DNA of 63,049 bases, the filler included, from Phoronis australis (lineage: Eukaryota > Animalia > Phoronida): assembly GCA_002633005.1 (NCBI GenBank). It is 9 parts of 9 records of this genome, joined end to end, with 100 filler letters (N's around TTAATTAATTAA, not from the genome) between each part and the next. Parts side by side here need not be neighbours in the genome. Positions count along the whole stretch, not along the records: positions 1 to 8,172 come from NMRA01001928.1; positions 8,273 to 11,005 come from NMRA01003462.1; positions 11,106 to 28,329 come from NMRA01000068.1; 6 more parts are not named here. One strand, written 5' to 3'. The first letter of the stretch is position 1. Each line of letters starts with the position of its first letter. The notes below the pieces were generated by a model, which did not search any database, was not told the DNA's origin, and saw only the letters and a program-made list of their open reading frames with translations. The translations under genes and the position numbers were made by a program. Positions 1 through 13,431 of this stretch are shown piece by piece.

Positions 1-324
1 GTAAAGCTGTGACGTTTAACTGAACGGTTATATGGTGGCTGATCTTTACCATCGTATTGTGAGCATGATTACACTAAATCACGAATGTGTTCGATTTCCT
101 TAAATAATTCCGTTTGTGCTAATGGAAAAGTTCTGTTATCATTTTGCTTTCGTTAGAAATGTTGCGTGCTTCATTATTTGAATTTTGGCGATATAATCAC
201 AGACTTGTCAACAATTTAATGTTGTAATATTCATGAACGGTCGTCTTTGGATTTCCTGTAATTTGACTTGTTTCGTATTGCGGTGGTATTTATGGTGAAA
301 AAACGTAGTCTCGGGAAATTTTAG

Positions 325-575
325 GAACGAAACAAGTTGTCGGCCTTCGAAACCGGTGTTTATTTCGGGGCAAAGTCTACGCGTCCAGCCAATCTCTAAC
401 CATCGACAAATGTACGCGCTGTGGCTGTGATCAAGATACCATGACGTGCCATCGTCAGACGTGTCCCGCGGTAGTTTGTCCCCATAATGACGTCATTTAC
501 GACCCCGCCATCTGCTGTCCAAAGTGTAACGATTCCAGCATTCGGTCATGTACGGCGGACGGTGTTGACCGTAAG
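325..575 (+). CDS. BMPER: Internal exon, VWC (chordin-type cysteine-rich) repeat of a BMPER/crossveinless-2-like BMP modulator
   Basis: tttag|GA acceptor and AAG|gtaagt donor. Translates (G)TKQVVGLRNRCLFRGKVYASSQSLTIDKCTRCGCDQDTMTCHRQTCPAVVCPHNDVIYDPAICCPKCNDSSIRSCTADGVDRK, with CxxCxC and CCPxC VWC motifs; CLFRxxVY resembles BMPER VWC4. A kielin/chordin-like identity is not excluded. Confidence 0.75.
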
Positions 576-2114
576 GTAAGTGGAATACTGTAATCTCGTT
601 ATTAATTGAGATTGCAAAGAAACGAGTGCGTACATTAGACGATTATTCAGGCGAGGGCACTGAATCGGATGTGCTTGATCTACATGCCGTAGATTTTTGC
701 ATAAATTATTCTCGAATTCGCGCCTGTACGTTACCAGTAAACACGATCCATCCGAAGGATTTGGAGGTAAAATTGTACCCTAGCCTAAGGTGAGTCCTAC
801 TTAGCCATATATATACACATACATACATGTTGTACGTTGGCAGCAACCCTTCTTTCAAACACGACTTAACATACGTACTGTTTGACTTTCATGTTTCTAC
901 TAATTCTAGGTTAATCGCCACTTTCCATATTGTCTCATTTTCTGTCTGTCGTCAGGGTCAGATGTAGCAACAGTTGTCCCAACGGCATTAGGACAACGAA
1001 ATAAACAACGCACGTGATGCTAAAACAACGATGTATCACAATCATACCGTCTTTTAAAGTAAATAATAGAAAGAAATGAAACTCTCCCGTTAGGTGTCAG
1101 TGCAGCAGGAATCTTAAAGGTCAGACGTCAGAGATATACAGTGCAGCCAGCAGAGAAAACCAACGATCGTAAATAAAATTCTGCTGAAGCCAACGTCTTG
1201 ACAGTTGAGAGTCGGAGGCTCAACTTTATTAATAACTGCAACAAGAATTTAAGATCTAAATACATCCTGTACAAGATAGCGGATGCATGTTTTATCCATC
1301 ATTTCGGCACAGGTTATTTTATTCCTGTGGACAATTTGAAAATGATTTTAATGGACCTGTTTTTTAAATAAATCTAGTTTTTCAAATGTGATTAAATAGA
1401 CTCCAAGGATTTTAGTCTTTGTACATCGTGTTAAATATACAAAATAGATGCGTTTTCTACAATTTCTTGACTGACGACTTTAAATCCATGTTTTGCAGAA
1501 CTGCTCGCGGATGGCGTCATTCTGTAGCCGTCCAAAATTGTTCAGAACATGACCCCTTCCGAAAAAACTTTTTCACTTACGCCTAAGATTTGTCTCCGTT
1601 TCTAAACTTTGAAACTTCCACATCCGACAAGTTAGTCAAAATTAAGCAAATCTTAAGTAAAAAACTTTGATTTTCGCAACGGACATGAGACAACTAAGTT
1701 TTATCTTAAAATTGACTGAGATTTAATATTTGTCTTAGGTAATTAAGCTTTCTTGGAACGGGCTCCATATTTTTCGGCACATTGAGCACGACGTGTAGCG
1801 ATTAAAAACCTGGGAAACCCTTTTAATTGCATTTGAAAAGACAGGTCTGTATGAGCAGCAAACAGGGTCTCGCCGCATGCCGAAATACTGGGGATCGATC
1901 TTATGAATATATAGACACTCTACTATGTTTATATGTTTCTATGTGATCATGATGTCATTGGAACAATGTCTACAAGCACGTCAAAAATTAAAAGACTTCA
2001 CATGAAACATTACTCTTCCAAAGGTTGACTTTGAAGCTAGATAAATTCAATACACCTCGTGTATTCAACGAAATAATGTATATTCATTTACATCCGAATT
2101 ACCAACACTTTCAG

Positions 2115-2219
2115 CACGGTTCCTACTGGAAGAAGAACGTGTGTGACACGTGCTCGTGTTACGATGGGAAGGTCACGTGCGAGTCTCAACAGTGCCCCAA
2201 CACTGTCCAGTGTCCCAAG
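2115..2219 (+). CDS. BMPER: Next internal exon of the same VWC gene (phase 0-0)
   Basis: tttcag|CAC and AAG|gtgagt. Encodes HGSYWKKNVCDTCSCYDGKVTCESQQCPNTVQCPK, continuing the VWC repeat begun at the end of the previous exon. Downstream (VWD) exons were not found. Confidence 0.75.
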
Positions 2220-2443
2220 GTGAGTGTTTCCTGTGACAAGCTTAAGGAAAGCAAAGAAGCATGGAACGCCAAAAAATTGAAGGTCGTGGCGAATCTAATT
2301 CCTTGGTGATGCTAGCGTGAGAACCGTTCCCTAAAATTAATGCAAGATTTTCTGAAAACATTGTCCGATTCACTATTTTTGAAACACATACGAAATATAA
2401 ACCCTTTCATACTGTTACTGTTTTGAAATTCTGCGTCCCTAAT

Positions 2444-2684
2444 CAGGCGCGCACCCAGCCTTCAGTATGGGGGGATCCAATTCCTAACGTTGTGGACAAA
2501 ATAGCCGGCGCGGACTAAAAAAAAGAAAAAAAAAACGCGTACCTCTGTGGGCGTTTTGTGCTTGTTTAGTGGACTTTTGTCTCATTTTCTCGGACTTTTT
2601 GTTTCTTGCAGGCGGACCTTTTTGCCCACTTCGCCAAATGGGGGGCTCCTTCGAGCCTCCTGAGGCCCCCCGGGTACGCGCATG
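2444..2684. mobile_element. MITE with CAGG..-type TIRs and 5-bp TSD
   Basis: CAGGCGCGCACCC ... GGGTACGCGCATG flanked by CTAAT/CTAAT. Confidence 0.7.
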
Positions 2685-5182
2685 CTAATGATGTATGCAT
2701 ATTCGTTGCATGTGCTCAAAGAAGCCATACTGGCTGCTGCTTGAAATTTCCATCGCTTTTATTCACATCCAATGTCAAAGGTCACAATTTCCATATAAGG
2801 TATATGTACCACGCCTAGGTCTTGCCATGCTAAACAGACGTGCTTTGCCCAGTGGTAAAAATCGACGAAGTGACGAACAAATTTGAATCTTAAGAAAAAG
2901 TGGTCTGAAGTCAACAGGAATTCTAAATCTTTACGAACAAACCGTAAATTACTTCGTGAACAATTCGACTTCTATGTCAGTGACAGAAAACCACTAATGC
3001 GGCTTACAATGTTGTTCAGTTCTATGCCACTTGAAACCACGCTTTGAAAATTATACTCAAAAATGCTTCCATCACCTGCTATCAGTATTTTCCCAGAGAG
3101 ATGAACGCAATGACGTTCAACTAAAAGTTCTCACTGTGCTTTGAAATGAATTCCGTGATTCCAGAAACGCTGTCTTTCCCAACAGTTCTTCATTATGGCC
3201 CATTGGCCAGAATTGGGTATCTAGAAATGTTTTGTAGTATACTTCTGTACCCATCAAGCATTTTAGTTGGGTTGAGATTATGACCTTGAGAATTTTTTTA
3301 ACCACGCGAATTCTGTTTTTGCTTGTAACTTTTTAACTAAGCACTGCAGGTGACGTTTCCACTCACGTTTCTATGGTCGGTGACCTTAATGTTGCTACTT
3401 TGGAGGTAAATTTGTCGAACATTTGCGTAGATTATGCAAACTAAGGCAACCACGATTGAAAATTCTACTTGTTTTTTGCTTCTGGCACAACAGCCTAGTG
3501 AAATTGACATTTCCACCCATATTTCTTGTCTCTAAACGAAAACAGTTTGCAAGCTGCTACACCATAAAGTTACATAGATGTAAATCGTGCAATTAATGGC
3601 CACCACTATTTAAAATAATGTTGGTTCAGCTCACGATAGCCTCTTCTCGGGCACTATAAGTATACTTTTGATATTCGTACACATGTTTTTGTGGTCAGTG
3701 AATTTAGTCAGATCAACATGGAGGTCGTTGAACAATAAATTTGTAGACTTTGTGTTAATTGAGAGTAGTTTCTCTCATCACCTTAGTTACATGACTCTGG
3801 ATGGTTTGATGAAGTTCAAGAGATTTTTGAGAGATTGCATCATCTGAAACAAGGTCTGAAATTATTTTCAGAAGTATACATCTACACGTCGTGGTCCGTG
3901 AGAAAGTTACAAGCAGAAAAAGGATTTTGTAAAATGGCGGCCATTACTTGCACAAATTTCGCTAACTTTTCATGCAGGAGTCTGCAAACTGATTTTATTA
4001 AATTAACTGAGCACAGAAACATGCGTGTAATACTAATATCGTTTAACTTTGGAGTTTGGTTCCTCGGGTAATATCACAAGGTTTTTAAAAAATGGTGACC
4101 TTAATTTGCATAAACTATGCAAATTCACGAGTCATCCATCTGAAAATTACCTTCATAAAATTCACTGACACTAGAAACAAACGTAAAACATCAAAATAAT
4201 CTACTTGTGGTGCTTACTTGACAATTAGCTTTCTGGAAATATTAGTAACACTTGTCAATCTCCATGCAGTCGAGAATCGCCTCAAAGCGACTATTGCTGA
4301 TAAGTAACTTGCTCCATTTACGATTCTAGCAAGTTTTGTTTCAAAAATAACAGACAGGGGTTTCCAAGTATTTTTAAGCCGATCGGTTGTAAGAGCAAAA
4401 TCGGACGTTCGTTATTTCAAACAAGTCGTACACAATCTTTTAGCACGAAAACTACGCTCTCTGAGTAATAGTATACATGTAAGACTCTGTATTACTGAAA
4501 GACGTATGCAAGAAATCGGAGTGTATACAATCTGGGGGCTTAACTAAAAAAACGAGACGCACTTTGACAAGCATCATGCCCGTATACATCATGTATGTAC
4601 CCATGGGTCTACCACTTTTGCTTTGGTCACACTCAATCCTTCTAGATATCGGGCGACCCGTCAATCCGGATGCCTGGAATGATTGGTGTTTTATAAGGTC
4701 AGCATAGTACAACATTTTGGTGATTTTTGATGCCGACACATGGTCGGCTGTCCCTATAACAGTCCCACTTTTGATCGACACATCCATTCTTCTGCTGCAA
4801 ACCCGTCGTCGCGCTGTCAGAAGCTTTACGTGAGCAGAGCCGAGTTACATATTTGCGTGTGCCTAATACGAGTCCGTGATTAGGTGATGAGCANCATCTA
4901 TTCATAGTCACCATAACATCTGATATCGCAGAGGCCGGTGGCGGAGATGATAAATACACTCCTTTCGCTTCATTGAGAAAATTGTATTTTCCCTAAAATA
5001 TAGAATTTAGTGTACAGTAGCACATTCTAAGTTCAATTTTGAATTTCCGGTTTTGCACCAAAATAACTTCATCTATTTATAGAGTTTGAAAATTGACGTA
5101 AGAGAATTGTTGCTTGCAAGGTTGTGGCAAAAACTCTTCTGATTTTTAGTGCTACAACTGTATCTTTCGACTCCTGAAACTG

Positions 5183-5231
5183 TATATATATATATGTATA
5201 TGTATATACATATACATATACATATACATAC

Positions 5232-5277
<46 letters not shown>

Positions 5278-5324
5278 ATATATATATAAGTATATGTATA
5301 TATATGTATATGTATATGTATATA
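5183..5324. repeat. (TA)n/(TATACA)n microsatellite
   Basis: Directly visible. Confidence 0.95.
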
Positions 5325-7157
5325 GTCTGTGAAACATTGGCAAGGATGTCTTTACACGACTCCTGCCAATCTTCGCAGTCTACGACCAAAGCAGACGAAC
5401 AGCTGCGAGCGGAGCTGTCGTCCTCGAGTGAACTGTGACTCACCTAATTGTAGCAAGATGCAGGTTAATGCCACAAAGCAAACAAAATGATTACTGTCAT
5501 GTTTCATACTTTGACAGTGAATTTTAATGCAGCATTCACGCTTAGAATGAACCAACGAGAGATATTTGCTGTTGTCAGATAATGCAATGATTAATTTTCA
5601 TAAGCTCATTTCACCCGCACCAAGGGAGGATTTAGTCTCACCAACAGGTGAAACATTCGCGTCACACTCTCGCGAGGCAAAACTGAATCCTGCCGGTTCA
5701 TTTCGCAGTGGACGTGAGCCATGAGCTGAGCTCATGCGTATTTGATATGCGCAGCTCTCCGTCTGCACTTGCACTAACATACCTGACCACGTTGCGTTCG
5801 ATGGTCAATAAACTTGTCAAATGAATGAATAACTTTTTTCCTTCCACCAGGGACGTGCTCGTACATTCTCGCCCAAGACTGTTCAGGGTCAAACTTTACA
5901 GTTAGCGTGCGCAACCACCATAGATACAAGCGAGCGGTGGCGTGGACAAAGAGAGTTACTGTCAGCTTACTTGGCCACAAAATGACGCTGTCAAAGAAAC
6001 GTGTTGTCAAGGTATGGATGAAGCTAGAATTCTGATTTATGATGTCATGGAGGTTCTCCAAAAATCAGCTTTTGATCTCGGCCACTTCAAAAGGGCTACT
6101 GTTCCATCCAACATTTGATTTATGTTACTTACTGTTTTAAAATTGGTCTCGCCTCATATTTTACACATGTAAAAATCATTGCTGACATTTTTCGGTTTTT
6201 CATGTCACAGAAAGTGGGTTTATTGTCGCTTTAATGTTTTGAACGTTTCAGAGGCCTGGAACGCAAAAAACGGACTAAAATCAGGCCGTAGCCATCATTG
6301 CGCGGGGATGGTTCGCATTTCTAGAACGAACCTTTGACAATTTACAAACGCCGACATTGTAGAGTGTTCAGTAAGGCCCTTAATGCAGCTTAATTAGGGG
6401 GAAGGTAAATCTGTTCACACAACGATGACTCCCAGCCAGCGTTCGAAATATACCCTGGCCGGGGGCCAGTAGAATTGCGGCCGGGCCAGTTAGACTAAGT
6501 AAACTTTCATATGTGGGCCCATGTGGATGTGGTTTCATATTCAAGTAACTAGCCCGGCGGGCCAGCACATTTATTTGCTGAGACTCGGAACACTGCTCTC
6601 AGCTCTGTTTCCGAGATGAAACGGAATTCGTAATACCAGGAATGAGGATGCCGTGACGGTTGCTCACAAAAGAACGGGGCTCAAATTCGGATGTAATGTA
6701 GTCCAGAAAAGAACGTTCTCGTGTTACCTTCTGCTAAATCAAACGTGCTTGTGGTTATACATACTTGGAAGGAAATAGACCTATTTAGTTTGAAAATGAC
6801 TCGACAAAATTTTTATCTGGTTTAGCTTTCGCGTGCTTACTTAATTACATCACTGGATATGGAAACACCCTACTATTTTGAAGTTTCACTGCATTAAACG
6901 TTCACTATTCCGAAGGATCATTACTTCGAAGCCCCACTATTCCGAATGTTCACACCTCCGAAAATATCAAAACTTTCGGACTCAGTGTAATTTTTATACC
7001 TTTGCATGCAAAAGTAAATGATAGTTCGGTTATTAGATGCACCGAGTTGTGTACATGTACCGAAAACAACGTCTGAGTACTATTGATGTCATGCGCATAC
7101 AAAATTGCCCGCATGTCACGAATACGGAAAAATGAGTACGTCCGTGTGCATTTTTAA

Positions 7158-7747
7158 AAAGGATACCAAACCCGGTTTTGGCCTACATGTATAAACAGAC
7201 ACTAAAAACCGACTTTCCCATACACTTCTGTGAAACAATAAGTTAATGCTCAGGAAGTCGACACACCTCAAGCGTTTGGTCAAATTTTGAAAAACCCTTC
7301 AGTTTGCTAAACGAGCAAGCGTGGCCTTCGCTTTTATCGAATAAACACTGCATCCGTGAAGAAAAGATCACCCAACGAGGACCATAATGTCCAATCTGTC
7401 TCAGAGGGAGCACAAGTTTTTAGTTGACTCCTTTCTTTGGTAAAACGACACACTAAACCCTGTTTATGTCACCTGTTGATGCATCATTGAGCAGACGTTA
7501 ATCTCGAAAGATAAATGCAGGAATCAGCTAACAATCATGGACATTGTGGTCCTTGGTGAGTGGTGTTTTCTCGCTAAAAGTGTAGGCTATGCTTGCCAGC
7601 TTAACAGACTTTGAAATGAGTTTTTAATTTTCATCAAAACGTTTGAGGGTTGTCAAGGGTTACAGAGCATTATTTTGATTCAGAGAACTGGTCAGGAAAG
7701 TCGTTTTTAGTATCTCTCAATAGGCTATAACTGGGTTTGGTATCCTT
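7158..7747. mobile_element. TTAA-flanked fold-back non-autonomous element (Kolobok-type MITE)
   Basis: TTAA-AAAGGATACCAAACCC.. and ..GGGTTTGGTATCCTT-TTAA termini; imperfect inverted similarity extends about 230 bp inward. Confidence 0.7.
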
Positions 7748-8172
7748 TTAACTTAGATGATTAACACAATTAGCAGGTGACAGAGTGACAGAATGGGGAT
7801 TGGTGGAAATTATCAAAACAGGATTCAGTATCCTTTTTAATAAGTATGCCGGATGAATATTCGTGAATTATTAACCACATACATTCGTCAAATCCATGTC
7901 AAGATCACATCATTCGCAACCGCTGAGCCTCAACCTCACCCACCGGAACCACGCGCACGGCCGCGTCAAAACTAAGTGTAGTTAGGTGGCACAATTAGGC
8001 TGCGGCCGCGGCCAATTGAAATCTAGGGGTAGGTTAGGCTTGGGGGAAATTTTTAGCTAGGTATTGTATGCAGGCCAAGTGAATGTGGTTTGTTTGTATT
8101 TGTGAACCTGCTAAGAATGAAAAAGGCTACTTTCTCGGCTGTAGCTGCGCTCTTCTTCAAGATGGTGCCCCC

Positions 8173-8272
8173 NNNNNNNNNNNNNNNNNNNNNNNNNNNN
8201 NNNNNNNNNNNNNNNNTTAATTAATTAANNNNNNNNNNNNNNNNNNNNNNNNNNNNNNNNNNNNNNNNNNNN
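8173..8272. other. Artificial scaffolding spacer (44 N + TTAATTAATTAA + 44 N); 12-mer also at about 11050, 28374, 31565, 39526, 44724, 47658 and 51746
   Basis: Identical 100-nt gap architecture with an all-frame stop linker. Confidence 0.95.
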
Positions 8273-8305
8273 CCCCCCCCCCCCCAATAATTTTTAAATT
8301 CCTAC

Positions 8306-8372
8306 GGGCCTGTGGTGTAGTGGTCAAGCACGCTCGCTCTATCCGTCAGGTCGTGAGTTCGAGTCTCTGATA
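8306..8372 (+). mobile_element. tRNA-derived SINE head / tRNA pseudogene
   Basis: Pol III box A TGGTGTAGTGG and box B GAGTTCGAGTC; no complete cloverleaf. Confidence 0.55.
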
Positions 8373-8479
8373 TTTGCAGGCTCTTCTGTATGACACGTTC
8401 ACCGTGTTTTTTTTTGCCTGTTTTTCTTGGATAATACTTCAGGAACCAAGGAAATGCTTGATTTTTAGAGGAAGAAACA

Positions 8480-8732
8480 GAAAAAATTCCTGGGCGCGGG
8501 GAGGGGAGCCCCGACCTCCCCCATTCGGTGTTATGCGCATCTACAATCGTGGTTTGCGTCAGTAAATGCTTACAGCCGGACAAAATGTTGAGCCCCCCTT
8601 GTGATATCCTAGATCCGCCACTGCGACCTCCCCCCATTCGGTGCTCAGTACTGCGCATCCAATCGTGTTTTGCGTAAATGTTTTCAGACAAAATGTTTGG
8701 CCCCCCTTGTGATATCCTAGATCCGCTACTGT
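8480..8732 (-). mobile_element. Tandem ends of a CAGTGGCGGATCTAGG-family MITE (related pieces at about 9700-9813 and 57314-57415)
   Basis: Repeated CCCCCTTGTGATATCCTAGATCCGC(C/T)ACTG terminal motif. Confidence 0.65.
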
Positions 8733-9443
8733 GATTAACTCCATTCTGGTATTTATAGTTGGAGGGCAGGCAGCTCTCTTTTGTTCGATAATTGCTCTAA
8801 TCTCCAATTAGATCGTATCTACCCTGACTGGGCTGTGCTGTCAAAAATAAAAGTTAAGTTATAACATATTTGAACATAAACCAATAGCAGATAAACACGC
8901 TGACCTGACCGATTTAACTGGTGTGTTATTCATAGTGTATGAATACAAGACAGTATCGTAAACAAAAGTCATCGACTGTAGAAAGATGCACTCCGAAAAG
9001 GCGCAACCACAACTTCTGGGATTCAGATTTCCTGAACATAAATTTTAAGCACCGATTTGTCTGTACCGGGCAACACACCACATAACACTTGCTCCACCAG
9101 TCATGCCAGTTTGTTTGCCTATATAAAGCGCTGCCTGTTGAGAATTTGACCAGCCAATCAATAAACTCCGGTGTAAAAAAATTTCCCGAGGAAATTGACA
9201 TCTGAAATTGCGTGGGGAAAACCTAGTCTTAAAATAACGTAAGTCTCATTGGACTAAAGACGAGCCTAGAGAAGCCTCATTCAGTCTCATAGCTCATTTG
9301 GAGAAAACCTTAGTCTTAACGTAAGTCTCATTAATGTGTCAGTGATGAAGTGCTAATGACTTTATGCACCGCCATTTTTGATTTGATGTTGAGCTTCAGC
9401 CAAAACCCTGCACTCGCAGTCGACCGTTTATTGATGATCAACA

Positions 9444-9498
9444 AGCATAACCTTCATACCATAGTCGATCTGATCGACTATGGTATGAAGGTTATGCT
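9444..9498. repeat. Perfect palindrome, 27-bp arms, 1-nt spacer
   Basis: AGCATAACCTTCATACCATAGTCGATC-T-GATCGACTATGGTATGAAGGTTATGCT. Confidence 0.95.
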
Positions 9499-10187
9499 GC
9501 ATTAACACACAAAGTACAAAGCAAACAAGGCTATCAACAATGCACCATTCACGCTATAAAGTTATTCCACACGTACCTCACATTTTCCAGAAACGTTTTA
9601 TAACTACGAAATTACAAGTCTCGGCGCAGGGAAAACCCAAGCTTATTTTGGGAAAGTACGTTGCCTGGACTCAGTTTGAGTCTCATTTTGGCTACTGACG
9701 AGCATCCCGCAGCCTTAACTGGAATCCCTCCTCCCGACCTCCCCCTATTCGGCGGTATGCGCGACAAAATGTTGCCCCCCTCACCCCCTTAAGGTATCCT
9801 AGATCCGCCACTGCATTAAATGCGACACAACGCGACCAAGAATTTGAAAATGCATGAAAAACCATACAGATTTGTGACAGCATTGACCAGATTGAGAAGA
9901 ATGAACTTTTGACAAATTTGATACAACACGCCAGTTTCCAATTCCAACATTGAATTAGAATAGGGTGACAATTGGCAAAGACGATTTTTCGATATTGATA
10001 CATGTTATTATGAACCGTGTCTATGTTTACATTTTCGATCTTATTTTCGTTTTGACTAAATTAGAATTTTGGAACTCGAAATATTGAATCACTTCGGTAC
10101 TGCCGGAAAATTATACTTCAAATCTGAATCTAAAAAATGTACTTTGGACGACAAGTAAGAACTTTGTACCGTTTCGGCAATAATCAA

Positions 10188-10342
10188 CAGGGAACGGATC
10201 CAGGATTTTGAGTTGGGGGGCAGAGTATTAGGCAGCATTTTGTCCGTCAGACGTTCGCGCCCCCGCAGTGCTAGCTGGAATACGGGAGAATTTTAGTGGA
10301 GGCCATAGTCCCGGCTCTCCCCCCAACTTAAATCCACCAGTG
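10188..10342. mobile_element. MITE (CAGG..GGATCCAGG family), near-perfect 5-bp TSD
   Basis: Similar to 49239-49404 and (inverted) 41218-41374; flanks ATCAA/ATGAA. Confidence 0.65.
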
Positions 10343-11579
10343 ATGAAGACAAGTTGTTTAAGAAATGCTAAGTACTGAGTCCGCCCTTATTCCGACTGCA
10401 AGGATAGGATACGCAAACTATCTGTTTGTTTATCAATCGGTAACAACTTAAAGACCAAATTGTCCTTTACACGGGTTTTTAAATCCTAGACGCTCGTTGA
10501 TCAATGAGTGGAAGTTCGATAACACGAGACGAATGCCAGTGAATCGCCGTGTGGTGGAAGACACGACTTCTACGGTATGAAGGCACCTAGAAATAGCTGT
10601 TACAAAACGGCACAATACCATTTATTTAATGCTACTTTTACATGATAATAGAAAACGAGAGCCGACGACTAATACCACTGACATTTAAAAATAAAATTAG
10701 CAGGTTAATACATAAAATAAATAGGTAATAGAGGGTATTACGTTTTCTCATATATCGCGCAAACAGAAGTCGGTCACCGCCAGCTGGGAGGCGGTCAAGA
10801 TATTCCTTAAAAAGTATATAGCAGAAAGCAAACATTTCAGCGTCATTTTTTATTAAATTACGATAATCCTGTTATCCTAGACAAATTTCCAAATCAAGTT
10901 TCCGCGCGAGCGTCACACCGGAAGTGGCGAAACTCTCCCCGTCAGCATTTTCGTGGCACGATTTATTGTGGACACCCGTTGCTTGCACACTATTACTAGT
11001 TCATANNNNNNNNNNNNNNNNNNNNNNNNNNNNNNNNNNNNNNNNNNNNTTAATTAATTAANNNNNNNNNNNNNNNNNNNNNNNNNNNNNNNNNNNNNNN
11101 NNNNNGCCCGGGGGGGGGGGGGTTTATACCCCCTGAACCCCCCCCCGTAGATCCGCCTCTGACTGCAATGATAATTAAATTAAAGTGCCTAAGTGGCCAT
11201 CGTCGCCATCGAAATTTGAGGACGATGGAACCCACTGTCCATTTTGTCAAACGTCGATTACCTTAAGTGTAAATCGATTGACTATGGTTTGAGCATCTGA
11301 TTTAAAAAAAAATTAAATTTCAATCACTGCACAGGTATATCAGCTGATTTATTTTCAGTTGCATCTACTGACGATCAACATTATTAGGCTACAGATCAGA
11401 CAGCATGTAAATTTGTTAGGCTGGTGGTGGATCAGTTCCTGATAAGTCCGTCTGAAAAAGTTACATGCCAACTCACTCATAGTTGAATGTTAAATTAGTG
11501 TTAACAGTTCGGGTTTTTTTCAGTTGGACTTGTATCGCAACCAACAGCTCAGTCCAGAGCCCTGAATATGCAAATGAAA

Positions 11580-12316
11580 TTCAAAGATAAAGATCTTGTT
11601 TCTTAGAAGCCAAGTACCACAGATCATCATGCTATAAAAAATAGAAAGTCAACGATTGCGAAGAGTGACGAATTCACAGTCTTCAGAGATGTTTTTCTAC
11701 AGTTTTGTGTGGAGTTCATTGAATCGAAGCTTCTAACACAAGGAGATGTCATTTGCCTTTCAATACTAAAGCAAGACTTTGAAGCTCTTCTTCAGAAAGC
11801 TGGTGTGCATGAAGTTATTTGGACAGGCAATCTTAAGAAATATTGTTGAAGCTACTCACTGTTGTAGTTTGTGCCTGCCTAAGAGATACGAAAGTGAATT
11901 GATGCTAGTGTTCAATAATTCACTTGCTGACTCTAATTAACACAGCCCATTATAACATATTTTGAATCAAACGTTTGGTCAAATAGTGCCCGCCTCCAAA
12001 CAAGCACTTAGTGTTTGACCCTTCATTGCCTGCGGGCTGATCACCAGTGTGCAGTGCTGTACCCTCTCTAATCGACCATAGTTGGCTCCTTGGCGGTGGA
12101 GCTTTGCAGTTAATATGTATGGCAATGACCGCATCTCCATTGACAGTTCTAAACGATGAATGCTGCAAGTACAAAAAGAACATGTGTGCTGGGAAACTGA
12201 GTTTGTGCTGCAATGCTGGGTCAAACTGTACACAAATGTGCAGCTGTGACAACTGTAGTAACATCAGCAACACTGACTGCATAACATTGGATAGTTCTTT
12301 GACAAGTCAACCCTAA
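11580..12316 (+). pseudogene. Degenerate, internally deleted Academ-like DNA transposon coding relic
   Basis: Frameshifted DLVxLEAKYHRSSCY motif near 11590; then remnants of PP..H.LRA..Q and P.L.DHSW; then a C-terminal Cys8/CXC finger ECCKYKKNMC..CCNAGSNCTQMCSCDNCSN, typical of Academ transposase-XPG-Cys8 proteins. Confidence 0.55.
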
Positions 12317-13039
12317 ATAGACTTCCAACCCCGTTATTTCCTTTTTTGTATTAAAAAGTTAATTTTATTTGTTGATTAAGTCATAGAGAGTACATACTTT
12401 GATCATTGTCATGTATTTGTCTCATACTGCTTGATAAACGCTGTCAGAATAATCTATTATTTTCGTACAGTCTTTATGCACATTCACAGAGATCATTAAA
12501 CTATATTGTTTTTGTACTACAACATATTTCTGGTGTATTATGCAAACAAGCTGTATTTTACACCATTAGTCAATGTTTTAGTCATTGAGGCACAAATTTT
12601 GCCCAGTCTCAAGTGTTTTGTGTTATTTTTGTTGCCTGACAATGCCAGAAGAACTTCCTAGTAACATTCAGACATTTTTGCCACTAGGTGTCTCTTTACG
12701 TTTTTTAAATTTCACTGTTTACAGTTAATTTACAATAGTAAAACATGTAATGTGAGTGTAATATTGTTCAATACAATGGCACTGATGGGACCATATTACT
12801 TGTTTTACAAAAAAGTCACCATAACTGTTGTTTTTACAAATATAAGTTTACCAAGCTCTTTGGTGATTATTAGGTAACTTCAAACTCAAATTTCTCAAAA
12901 ATGTGCAACTTTATATGTGGGAAATTTTTAGATTTTGAAAACACTCTAATAAATGAATTAAAAAAAAAATAAATAAAATTGCCCCCTTAAAGTACTCACA
13001 AAAACAACCATTTTCTAGAGGCCCTACAAAATCTGGCTC

Positions 13040-13431
13040 ACCGACTAATGGTGTACGCCAAGAAACAGGCTCGAAAACAGTAAAAATGGCCACTAGGTGG
13101 CAGAGATTACCTCGAATTCATACCATACAGTATGATAGCATCATCTTAATAGACGCCAATATGCCAAATTTTGTGAAAATCCGTTGAGGACCTGTGAAGA
13201 TACAGAAGTAAACGTAAAAAACTATAATAGCCACTAAGGGGCACACAGGTGGTCGGATCTGTCCGAAAGTTCGCTCTTGGCATGCTGACCCATCCATGAA
13301 ATGAACACATGCGCAATATTTCATGAACATACGTCAATTTTTTTTGGAGATGGATCAGCGGAAACCGGACACAAGACGGATGGGGATAACAACATAATGA
13401 GTCCACATATGAATATGTGGGGGCCGTAAAA
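13040..13431 (-). mobile_element. Fragment of Helentron-associated (DINE-1-like) repeat family
   Basis: Shares CCACTAGGTGGC / CCAAATTT..GAAAATCCGTTGAGGA blocks and the terminal CCACATATGAATATGTGG hairpin with 32637-34332. Confidence 0.6.

Noticed and set aside
4644-4697. Candidate next BMPER exon containing GDP
   Set aside because: Lacks CCPxC and GDPHYxTFDG, and that frame terminates.
8217-8228. Recurring TTAATTAATTAA motif (8 times)
   Set aside because: Always centred in 44+44 N; an artificial linker.
8306-8372. Functional tRNA genes (also 20931-21008)
   Set aside because: Boxes A and B only; acceptor and anticodon stems do not pair.
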